DNA from: an uncultured cyanobacterium
GTDB taxonomy: Bacteria; Cyanobacteriota; Cyanobacteriia; Cyanobacteriales; Nostocaceae
Assembly (NCBI GenBank): GCA_963706595.1
Contig: OY970166.1
Span: forward strand, 3,840,001-3,904,000
Direction of reading: 5' to 3'
DNA: 64,000 nucleotides
Below the pieces are notes generated by a model. It made no database searches, had not been told where the DNA came from, and was given only the letters and a program-made list of their open reading frames with translations. This document shows, piece after piece, positions 28,928-37,512 of this stretch. Position numbers and translations under genes: made by a program. Numbering within the stretch: position 1 is the stretch's first letter; each line of letters starts with the position of its first letter.

Positions 28928-29524
28928 ATGACGGCATCAACAACAATTAACAAAGGCGATTCGTCTAATGGCGATCGCAAACCCTCAAGTATCCTGCATC
29001 AAGATGTTCTGGGTTCTCGTCGGTTTAGTAACTACTGGTGGGCAACTATCGTAACGTTGGGAGCGACAGGCTTCTTTTTGGCTGGGTTATCTAGTTACAC
29101 GAAAGTAAATTTTCTTCTAGTGACCGATGCAACTCAACTGATATTCGTACCCCAAGGGCTAGTTATGGGGCTATACGGCACTGCGGGCTTACTTTTAGCC
29201 TTATATCTATGGCTAGTTGTTTTATGGGATGTAGGAGGCGGCTACAACGATTTCAATCAGGAAACTGGGCGGATAAAAATTTTTCGTTGGGGATTTCCCG
29301 GCAAAAACCGTCGTATTGAAATCGACAGCTATACTCAAGACGTGCAGTCTATACGAATAGACATCAAAGAAGGTCTCAATCCCCGTCGCGCCCTCTACCT
29401 ACGCGTCAAGGGTCGACGAGATATACCCCTCACACGGGTAGGTCAACCGTTATCTTTAGCAGAGTTAGAAACTACAGGCGCAGAATTAGCCCGCTTTTTG
29501 GGAGTACCCCTGGAAGGACTCTGA
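28928..29524 (+). CDS. ycf4: Photosystem I assembly protein Ycf4
   Basis: GSRRFSNYWWA, FVPQGLVMGLYG and FRWGFPGKNRRI motifs. Confidence 0.96.
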   Translation: MTASTTINKGDSSNGDRKPSSILHQDVLGSRRFSNYWWATIVTLGATGFFLAGLSSYTKVNFLLVTDATQLIFVPQGLVMGLYGTAGLLLALYLWLVVLWDVGGGYNDFNQETGRIKIFRWGFPGKNRRIEIDSYTQDVQSIRIDIKEGLNPRRALYLRVKGRRDIPLTRVGQPLSLAELETTGAELARFLGVPLEGL

Positions 29525-29706
29525 AGAAGCAGGGGTGGAGGGTGCAGGGAGAAAAGGCAGAGGGGAGCAGGGAGCAGGGAGCAGGGGAGAAAAAACTTCT
29601 TTTCCCATTACCTAGTCCCCAAGCCCCATTACTTAGTCCCGAATACCTAATCTCCGATACCCTAAAAAGAAAAGATAAGATACTCTGGTTGAATCTGTAA
29701 CTGGCT

Positions 29707-30498
29707 ATGCGGTTAAAAATTTCACAATTTCTGGTTGTATTTTTGATAGTCGGTGCTTTGACGTTGGGAGGATGTTCAGGACAGGATGTGACTTCTGATC
29801 CCGCCTCTCCCACCTCGACAGCAGGTGATACAAATACTACGACAACGACTGGTGCAACATCTGTATCTGAAACCATTAATGAGAGTGTTCCTGGAATGAA
29901 AGATTTACCACGGCTCGAAGGTAACGCTACTGTGGTGATGACGGTTAACAGTTCGCCGATTACTATCGAGGTAGACGGCACCAATGCCCCAATTACAGCT
30001 GGTAACTTCGTCGATTTAGTCCAAAAAGGTGTGTACGATGGATTAGCTTTCCATAGAGTTGTCCGCGATCCCCAACCTTTTGTAGCTCAAGGGGGCGATC
30101 CTCAAAGCAAGGACCCAAAATTTCCAGCCAATAGACTGGGAACTGGCGGTTATGTTGATCCCAAAACTGGGACTGAACGCCGGATACCTTTAGAAATTAA
30201 GCCTCAAGGCGCTGAAAGCCCAATTTATGGCAAGACTTTAGAATCGGCTCGTGTGACTAAGCCACCTCAGTTACAACATAAACTGGGCGCGGTAGCTATG
30301 GCGCGATCGCAGATGCCAGATTCAGCTTCTTCACAGTTTTACTTTGCTCTCGCGGATCATGCTTTCCTGGATGGTAGCTACGCCGTATTTGGTAATGTTA
30401 CTGAAGGACTGGATGTAGTTAATAAAATTCAGCAAGGCGATCGCATTGAATCGGCTAAAGTTACTCAAGGCGCTGAAAATCTCAAAACACCTGAGTAA
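29707..30498 (+). CDS. Cyclophilin-type peptidyl-prolyl isomerase, lipoprotein
   Basis: Lipobox [27 protein letters not shown] and YAVFG motifs. Confidence 0.93.
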   Translation: MRLKISQFLVVFLIVGALTLGGCSGQDVTSDPASPTSTAGDTNTTTTTGATSVSETINESVPGMKDLPRLEGNATVVMTVNSSPITIEVDGTNAPITAGNFVDLVQKGVYDGLAFHRVVRDPQPFVAQGGDPQSKDPKFPANRLGTGGYVDPKTGTERRIPLEIKPQGAESPIYGKTLESARVTKPPQLQHKLGAVAMARSQMPDSASSQFYFALADHAFLDGSYAVFGNVTEGLDVVNKIQQGDRIESAKVTQGAENLKTPE

Positions 30499-30500
30499 GA

Positions 30501-30630
30501 GGGAGTAGGGAGTAGGGGAAGAAGAGGCAGGGGAGCAGGGAGCAGGGAGCAGGGGGGAAAGTTCCTAGTCCCCAATACCCAGTACCGTACCCAGTCCCCA
30601 ATACCGAATCCCCAGTCCCCAATCCCCAAT
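30501..30630. repeat. Mixed STRR arrays: G-rich GGGAGTA/GGGAGCA then C-rich CCCCAAT/CCCCAGT
   Basis: Visible heptamer runs; similar blocks at about 10835-10990 and 29525-29640. Confidence 0.8.
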
Positions 30631-30636
30631 TCGGAA

Positions 30637-31794
30637 ATGGTTGTTATTACTGGTATTGGTTTAGTCTCAGCTTTAGGCGCAAATTTAGAAGATAGCTGGC
30701 AAAAGTTAATCGCAGGTAAATCAGGTATTCAGTGCTATCAACCATTTTCAGAACTGGAAGCATATCCTCTGGGTTTGATTGGGACACAACCATCTGAATT
30801 AAAAAGTTTAACTCAGATGGTTGTCGCTGCTGCATTAACAGACGCGGAATTAGTTTCACCTTTACCTGATTGTGCTGTAGTCATTGGCTCAAGTCGCAGT
30901 CATCAAGGTGCTTGGGAATCACTGGCGCGGCAAATGTATGGGAATCATACCCCCGAAAATGCTTTAAGTAATGGGGATGTAGTCTTAGAGAATTGGTTGG
31001 ATTTTTTACCTCATACCAATGCGATCGCAACTGCTCGACAAATCGGTGCAACTGGTATAGTTTTAGCACCGATGGCTGCCTGTGCTACTGGTATTTGGGC
31101 GATCGCTCAAGCCGCGTTATTAATCGAAACTGGGCAATGTCAACGCGCGATCGCCGGTGCTGTAGAAGCCCCTATTACACCCCTCACCTTGTCAGGGTTT
31201 CAACAAATGGGCGCTTTGGCAAAAACTGGGGCTTATCCCTTTGATTTGCACCGAGAAGGTTTAGTATTAGGTGAAGGTGCGGCGGTATTTGTTTTGGAAT
31301 CGGCAGAATTAGCACAGCAGCGCCAAGCTAAAATTTATGGTAAGATTCTTGGCTTTGGCTTGACAGCAGACGCATATCATGCTAATAAACCCGAACCGAA
31401 TGGGAAAAGTGCGATCGCCGCGATTCAGCAATGTTTAAAACGCAGTTCCCTCACCCCAGCCGATATTGATTACATTCACGCTCATGGTACAGCCACTCTT
31501 CTAAATGACAGAGTAGAGAGTAAAATTATACAGAATATATTCCCTTATAAAGTGGCAATAAGTTCCACCAAAGGGGCTACAGGTCATACATTAGGAGCAT
31601 CGGGAGCTTTAGGTGTGGCATTTTCGCTTTTAGCTATGCAGCAAAAAATATTACCACCTTGCGTAGGATTACAAACACCGGAATTTGATTTAAATCTGGT
31701 AATGGCGGCGCGTGAAACTGAAGTGCAGAGGGTTTTATGTTTCAGCTTTGGCTTTGGTGGACAGAATGCTGCGATCTCCTTGAGTAAATTTTGA
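30637..31794 (+). CDS. Beta-ketoacyl-ACP synthase (FabF-like)
   Basis: AACATG catalytic Cys; HAHGTAT, KGATGH and SFGFGG motifs. Confidence 0.9.
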   Translation: MVVITGIGLVSALGANLEDSWQKLIAGKSGIQCYQPFSELEAYPLGLIGTQPSELKSLTQMVVAAALTDAELVSPLPDCAVVIGSSRSHQGAWESLARQMYGNHTPENALSNGDVVLENWLDFLPHTNAIATARQIGATGIVLAPMAACATGIWAIAQAALLIETGQCQRAIAGAVEAPITPLTLSGFQQMGALAKTGAYPFDLHREGLVLGEGAAVFVLESAELAQQRQAKIYGKILGFGLTADAYHANKPEPNGKSAIAAIQQCLKRSSLTPADIDYIHAHGTATLLNDRVESKIIQNIFPYKVAISSTKGATGHTLGASGALGVAFSLLAMQQKILPPCVGLQTPEFDLNLVMAARETEVQRVLCFSFGFGGQNAAISLSKF

Positions 31795-31826
31795 GAAAGA
31801 AGATTAAGGTTATTTGAAAGGTTTTG

Positions 31827-31943
31827 GGCGAATATAATTCGCTACTACACAAGCAAAGTCCGCCTGCGCGGACTAACTAAAAATTATTTCTTTCCAACCC
31901 ACGAAGGTGGGTTTTGTCTGTGTAGCCGCGATTTCTAATCGCC
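31827..31943. repeat. Palindromic dispersed repeat (REP/MITE-like)
   Basis: Nested hairpins agtccgcctgcgcggact and aacccacgaaggtgggtt, with complementary outer arms. Confidence 0.7.
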
Positions 31944-31966
31944 AGGGCTTTATAAAATACTATCTT

Positions 31967-32278
31967 TCATAGATAGACAGCCTCATGAAAAACTTTATCT
32001 CGAATTAAATCATGTAATGATTTAGGTGTAACAATATCAACTTTACGATTCAAGAGATTTTCTAAATCTGAAATCAAACCACCTGGAAACCAAGGAGAGA
32101 TTTTATCTAAATCGTAATCAACTAAAAAATCAATATCACTTGCGTCTGTTTCTTCGCCTCTTGCTACACTACCAAAAAGCCGCAAGTTATAAGCTCCATG
32201 TTGAGTCGCAAGTCTCAGAATTTCTTCTCGTTTTTCGTAGATTAATTGTTTTAAGCCTGTTTTTTCATCTTCTGCCAT
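31967..32278 (-). CDS. Minimal nucleotidyltransferase (MNT, antitoxin of HEPN-MNT systems)
   Basis: LFGSVARGEE..SDIDFLVD and RKVDIVT motifs. Confidence 0.9.
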   Translation of the reverse strand: MAEDEKTGLKQLIYEKREEILRLATQHGAYNLRLFGSVARGEETDASDIDFLVDYDLDKISPWFPGGLISDLENLLNRKVDIVTPKSLHDLIRDKVFHEAVYL

Positions 32279-32354
32279 AGATCAGTCATCAGTTTATTAT
32301 TAGAACTTCATGACAACCACCGGGTTTATTCGTAACTTTAACTGTTAACTGAAA

Positions 32355-34157
32355 TCACGCCACAGCCACCACGCGAAAACCAACAAGGTCGTAACGGGGC
32401 TGCGCGCCCCAACCGCGAGTGGCAGAACGGCAAATCCTAGCGAAGTCGAGCCAACTACCGCCACGCAGCAGTTTTATGTTATTATTGCTACCATTCAACC
32501 ACGGAGTACCGTCTATAGACGCGCCTTGGTAGCTATTATTATTATATACATCTTGACACCATTCCCATATATTACCATGCATATCGTATAAACCGAAAGA
32601 GTTTGGCGGAAATTTTCCTACCTCTGTTGTTTGTCCACGACGTTCACCTTTTGGGGCTGAGGCGTAGGGAACGTTTCCGTTGTAATTAACTAAATCGGTG
32701 GTAATCGTTTCCCCAAAATAAAACGGTGTAGTTGTTCCCGCACGACAAGCATATTCCCATTCAGCCTCACTGGGTAGCCTGTAGGTTTTTCCTGTCCTTT
32801 GACTCAATTTTTCACAGAATTCTACCGCATCATCCCAAGTTACCCTTTCTACAGGTCTTTTCTCACCTTTGAAATCAGCAGGATTTGTCCCGATAATTGC
32901 TTGATACTGTGCCTGGGTAACTGGATATTTCCCCATAAAGAAACCAGGAACCCTTACCTCACGCTGGGGACTTTCATTATCATCTCGTCCTTCTTCTCCT
33001 GGTGGTGAACCCATAGTAAAAGTTCCCCCTGGTATCTGCAGCATTTCCAAAGAAACACCATTCCCTAAATTTTCTGTAAAGGATTTTGCTTGCAGGTTGC
33101 GGCGGTTGGTAATGCTTCCCTGTGCATTCACCGTCACAGTTTTAAATGAAAAGGTTTGTAAGCTATTTTCTGGAACTCGTGGAATATCTCCAGAATCAGA
33201 GGGAAATAACAACCGATTCCCGACAAAAGTTAAACCAAATCCTCCAGCTAACCATCCCGCAGTTTTAATTACCCGACGGCGTGACAAGTTAGGTGTTGGC
33301 TGTGGCTGTGGTTGTGGTTGTGGTCGTTGTGGCTGAGACTGCTGGAGGGCTTGCAACGCTTCCCCTGCTGAAAAATATCTGTCTCGAAAGTGATAACTCA
33401 CCATCTTATTTAAAACACCTGCCAGTTTGTCACTGACATTTGCCCAATTGCGCCAAATCACTTCGCCATCAGTGGGGTCTTTTGGTAGTTCGTGGGGTTG
33501 TATTCCTGTTAAAGCATAAATTCCCAACATCCCCACAGCGTAAACATCACTGGATAATTTCGGTTGTCCGGCGGCTTGTTCACTTGGCATATAGCCATTA
33601 GTTCCAACAATAACGCTAACACTGGTTTGACCTTGGGTATTTAACATCACGGTGTTTATTTCTTTAACTGCACCAAAGTCAATTAGCACTATCTTCCTAT
33701 CTTGACGGCGACGCATTAAATTTGGGGGTTTGATGTCGCGGTGGATGATATTTTTTTGGTGAACTACTGCTAATACTTCCAAAATTTCCTGTAAGAGTTT
33801 GGTGACTTCTGTTTCACTCAACCGTTTACCAGGACTGATTTCTTTGCTTAAGTCTTCCCCATCGATAAATTCTTGGACTAAATAAAATTCACCTTGTTCT
33901 TCAAAGTGGGCAAATAGTCGCGGTATCTGGTCGCTATCATTGCCTAAGCGGTATAAAACTTGCGCTTCGCTATCAAATAATCTTCTAACGGTTTGTAATA
34001 CTGCGGGGTCAGAGTTGGGCTTGAGGTGTTTGACTACACACTTGGGATGGTTGGGTAAGTCTATATCTTCTGCCAAATATGTGTCGCCAAATCCGCCACT
34101 TCCCAGTAGCCTGATGATTTTATAGCGGTTACGGAGGATTTGACCAGGATTAGGCAT
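32355..34157 (-). CDS. Ser/Thr protein kinase fused to an FGE-sulfatase (SUMF1) domain
   Basis: GSGGFG, HRDIKP and DFG kinase motifs; RLPSEAEWEYACR, GLYDMHGN and RGGSW FGE motifs. Confidence 0.93.
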   Translation of the reverse strand: MPNPGQILRNRYKIIRLLGSGGFGDTYLAEDIDLPNHPKCVVKHLKPNSDPAVLQTVRRLFDSEAQVLYRLGNDSDQIPRLFAHFEEQGEFYLVQEFIDGEDLSKEISPGKRLSETEVTKLLQEILEVLAVVHQKNIIHRDIKPPNLMRRRQDRKIVLIDFGAVKEINTVMLNTQGQTSVSVIVGTNGYMPSEQAAGQPKLSSDVYAVGMLGIYALTGIQPHELPKDPTDGEVIWRNWANVSDKLAGVLNKMVSYHFRDRYFSAGEALQALQQSQPQRPQPQPQPQPTPNLSRRRVIKTAGWLAGGFGLTFVGNRLLFPSDSGDIPRVPENSLQTFSFKTVTVNAQGSITNRRNLQAKSFTENLGNGVSLEMLQIPGGTFTMGSPPGEEGRDDNESPQREVRVPGFFMGKYPVTQAQYQAIIGTNPADFKGEKRPVERVTWDDAVEFCEKLSQRTGKTYRLPSEAEWEYACRAGTTTPFYFGETITTDLVNYNGNVPYASAPKGERRGQTTEVGKFPPNSFGLYDMHGNIWEWCQDVYNNNSYQGASIDGTPWLNGSNNNIKLLRGGSWLDFARICRSATRGWGAQPRYDLVGFRVVAVA

Positions 34158-34377
34158 GGTTTTTGACTTGGCGCTGGGAAAATTAGCTTTATTGTGCCAA
34201 ATTTTCCATTATTAAAGCAAGTGATTCTACTCACCCAGTATTTTCTTGTGGGATGGGTGTCCCCACCCGTCCCCTAATCGAGTATCTTTACCCACCCCAC
34301 AATACAAGATGGAAAACCTAGATTCTGAGAAATGGATATGATAGGAAAGTAAATAAAACTTCAAAAATATTTATCAA

Positions 34378-35775
34378 ATGCTGATTGACTTCCCTGGCTT
34401 GACCAAAGTCAAAGACTTAGTAAAAGAAAAGATTTTCTTCGGTCATGAACCCAGTGCCGAGTTAATTGCTATTCTTACCGTTTACTTTGTCCAAGGAATT
34501 TTAGGGTTGGCGCGTCTAGCTGTCAGCTTTTTTCTCAAAGATGAATTGCTGCTGAGTCCGGCTCAAGTGTCCGCATTATTCGGAATTGTCGCTTTACCTT
34601 GGATTATCAAACCAGTATTTGGCTTTATTTCCGATGGCTTACCTATATTTGGCTACCGTCGCCGACCATATTTAATCCTCTCTGGGTTATTAGGAGCGAT
34701 TTCTTGGGTATGTTTAGCCACTATAGTTCATAGTAGCTGGGCAGCTACACTAGCGATCGCTCTTGGTTCTCTCTCCGTCGCAGTCAGTGATGTCATAGCA
34801 GACTCATTAGTTGTGGAAAGAGCCAGAGCAGAATCCCAAGCATCTGCTGGTTCACTACAATCTTTATGTTGGGGTGCTTCCGCATTAGGGGGTTTACTCA
34901 CCGCTTACTTTAGCGGAATGCTGCTAGAACATTTCACCACCCGCACCGTATTTTGGATTACCGCCTCATTTCCCCTCATCGTTTCCGCAGTAGCTTGGTT
35001 AATCGCTGAAACCCCAATTAGAAAAAATAGCCAAGAAAATCACAGCAATAATCCTCCCAGCACCAAGCATCAACTCAAACAACTCCGCCAAGCAGTCACC
35101 CAAAAAGCCATTTGGCTACCCACAGCCTTTGTATTTGTCTGGTTAGCCACCCCCACAGCTGACGCAGCCTTTTTCTTCTTCAGCACCAACGAACTACACT
35201 TTCAACCAGAATTTTTAGGACGGGTAAGACTGGTAACAAGTGGCGCTTCCTTAATTGGAATTTGGATTTTTCAACGCTTCCTCAAAGGTGTGTCATTCCG
35301 CACCATTTTTGCTTGGAGTACAGTGCTTTCCTCAGTCTTGGGAATGACAATGCTGCTGCTGGTGACTCATACCAACCGAACATTAGGTATAGACGACCAC
35401 TGGTTTAGTTTAGGAGATAGCCTCATCCTCACCGTCATGGGACAAATCGCCTATATGCCAGTATTGGTATTAGCAGCGAGATTATGTCCCCCAGGAGTAG
35501 AAGCCACATTATTTGCTGTACTCATGTCCGTTTCCAACCTAGCAAATATGGTTTCCTACGAATTTGGAGCCATCATCATGCACTGGCTAGGTATCACTGA
35601 AACTAACTTTGAACTACTGTGGTTATTAGTGATTATCACAAACCTCAGCACACTATTACCATTACCCTTCATTCGTTGGCTACCTGCTAACGACCCGCAA
35701 GCCGATTTACCAACATTACAACCCGTTTCAGTAACTAATGAAGAAGAACCATTGTTACCCAACTTAGTACCCTAA
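34378..35775 (+). CDS. Folate/biopterin (BT1) family MFS transporter
   Basis: VYFVQG, PWIIKP, GYRRRPY and CPPGVEATLFA motifs. Confidence 0.92.
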   Translation: MLIDFPGLTKVKDLVKEKIFFGHEPSAELIAILTVYFVQGILGLARLAVSFFLKDELLLSPAQVSALFGIVALPWIIKPVFGFISDGLPIFGYRRRPYLILSGLLGAISWVCLATIVHSSWAATLAIALGSLSVAVSDVIADSLVVERARAESQASAGSLQSLCWGASALGGLLTAYFSGMLLEHFTTRTVFWITASFPLIVSAVAWLIAETPIRKNSQENHSNNPPSTKHQLKQLRQAVTQKAIWLPTAFVFVWLATPTADAAFFFFSTNELHFQPEFLGRVRLVTSGASLIGIWIFQRFLKGVSFRTIFAWSTVLSSVLGMTMLLLVTHTNRTLGIDDHWFSLGDSLILTVMGQIAYMPVLVLAARLCPPGVEATLFAVLMSVSNLANMVSYEFGAIIMHWLGITETNFELLWLLVIITNLSTLLPLPFIRWLPANDPQADLPTLQPVSVTNEEEPLLPNLVP

Positions 35776-35834
35776 TCTAAGACTCCGCGAACCTTTGCGC
35801 TTCCCTCAGCGCCCCTTTGCGTTTGAAATAAAAT

Positions 35835-35850
35835 TGTAACAAAAACTACA
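35835..35850 (+). promoter_or_regulatory. Putative NtcA binding site upstream of gdhA
   Basis: TGTAACAAAAACTACA matches TGTA-N8-TACA; TAGGAT lies 24 nt downstream of the TAC. Confidence 0.65.
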
Positions 35851-35935
35851 AAATCACCATTTCTTATCCAGTCTAGGATAAGATAAATGCATACATATCC
35901 GGTACGCGAAGATACCGCGACTAGGAGAAAAGTTT

Positions 35936-37225
35936 ATGGTGTTAACATCTCCCTTACCGTTTGAAGCTGCTACTCCAGCGCACATTTGCCCATTTGATCA
36001 AGCTTGTAGTTACTTAGACGCAGCAGGTAAAGAATTAAAGCTTAATCAAGGTGTATTGGCAATTCTCAGTAATCCCCGCAAAGTAGTCACAGTTTCCATA
36101 CCCGTGAAGCTAGATAATGGTGAAATCCAGGTTTTAGCGGGACATCGGGTACAGCACTCTGATATTTTAGGCCCCTATAAAGGTGGAATTCGTTACCATC
36201 CAGCAGTGACATTGCGGGAAGTTTCCGCCTTAGCCATGCTGATGACTTGGAAATGTGCATTATTAGGCATACCTTATGGCGGTGCGAAGGGAGGAATAGC
36301 CATAAATCCCAAAACTTATAGTGTGGGCGAACTAGAAAGAATCAGTCGCCGCTATATCAGCGAATTAATTAAAGATATTGGTCCTTCCGTAGACATTCCT
36401 GCACCAGATATGGGTACTTCCGCCCGTGAAATGGCTTGGATGATGGATACTTATTCTGTCAACGTTGGTCATGCTGTCCCCGGAGTGGTTACAGGTAAGC
36501 CCCTTTCCATTGGTGGTTCCTTGGGAAGGGAAATGGCCACTGGCAGAGGTGTAATGATTATTGTCCGTGAGGCATTAGCCACCCAAGGTAAATCCCTTGC
36601 AGGAGTGCGAGTAGTGATTCAGGGTTTCGGTAATGTCGGGGGTGCGGCCGCAGAATTGTTACACGAAGCGGGAGCGAAGATTTTAGCTGTCTCTACAGGT
36701 TCAGGGGGTATTTTTTCCCCAGATGGTCTTGATATTCCGGCATTAAAAGCCTACGCTGCTGAAAATAATAAAAGTATTGCAGGTTTTCCGCAAACAACAC
36801 CCATTAGCAATGCAGATTTACTCACCTTACCTTGCGATGTTTTAATTCCAGCAGCTTTGGAGAATCAAATTACCAAAGAAAATGTGCATCTGGTACAAGC
36901 GCAAATCGTCGCAGAAGCGGCTAATGGTCCAGTGACTTTGGAAGCGAACCAATTTCTAGAAGCGCATGGTGTAACTGTATTACCAGATATTTTAGCTAAT
37001 GCTGGGGGTGTTGTTGTTAGTTATTTAGAGTGGGTGCAGGGTCTTTCTTATCTGTTTTGGGATGAGGAACGTGTGAATCATGAAATGGAAAAGTTAATGG
37101 TGCAAGCCTATCAACACGTAATTCAGCAATCAAAGATTAGGCAAATTCCTCTGCGTTTAGCAGCTTATACCTTGGGTGTGGGTAGAGTTGCACAAGCGCT
37201 TGCTGATAGAGGTCTTTATCCGTGA
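35936..37225 (+). CDS. gdhA: Glu/Leu/Phe/Val dehydrogenase (glutamate dehydrogenase)
   Basis: GPYKGGIR, GGAKGG, PAPD, QGFGNVG and EAANGP motifs. Confidence 0.92.
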   Translation: MVLTSPLPFEAATPAHICPFDQACSYLDAAGKELKLNQGVLAILSNPRKVVTVSIPVKLDNGEIQVLAGHRVQHSDILGPYKGGIRYHPAVTLREVSALAMLMTWKCALLGIPYGGAKGGIAINPKTYSVGELERISRRYISELIKDIGPSVDIPAPDMGTSAREMAWMMDTYSVNVGHAVPGVVTGKPLSIGGSLGREMATGRGVMIIVREALATQGKSLAGVRVVIQGFGNVGGAAAELLHEAGAKILAVSTGSGGIFSPDGLDIPALKAYAAENNKSIAGFPQTTPISNADLLTLPCDVLIPAALENQITKENVHLVQAQIVAEAANGPVTLEANQFLEAHGVTVLPDILANAGGVVVSYLEWVQGLSYLFWDEERVNHEMEKLMVQAYQHVIQQSKIRQIPLRLAAYTLGVGRVAQALADRGLYP

Positions 37226-37236
37226 AGTGAGATATA

Positions 37237-37280
37237 AGAACCCCACCCCCAACCCCCTCCCCGCAAGCGAGGAGGGGGCT
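37237..37280 (-). repeat. Intact copy of the dispersed repeat interrupted by the IS at 12866
   Basis: Reverse complement ccctcctcgcttgcggggagggggttgggggtggggttct closely matches the reconstructed empty site. Confidence 0.85.
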
Positions 37281-37512
37281 ATGATGTACCACGCAAAGGC
37301 GCAAAGGTACGAAACCTCTCAAACTCTCATGACTCTGTGTCCTCTGTGTCTCTGTGGTTCGTTTATCGTTTATTTCGATAATTTATTTCTTGGAAGTCCC
37401 TTATCTTAAAGTTAAAAAAAAATACTAAACTATTTTTATAGTTGGATTTGGCGGGATTTTACTTCTAATCTCACTAAAATATGTTGTTATAAAACTTTTG
37501 TTGAGGATCTGG

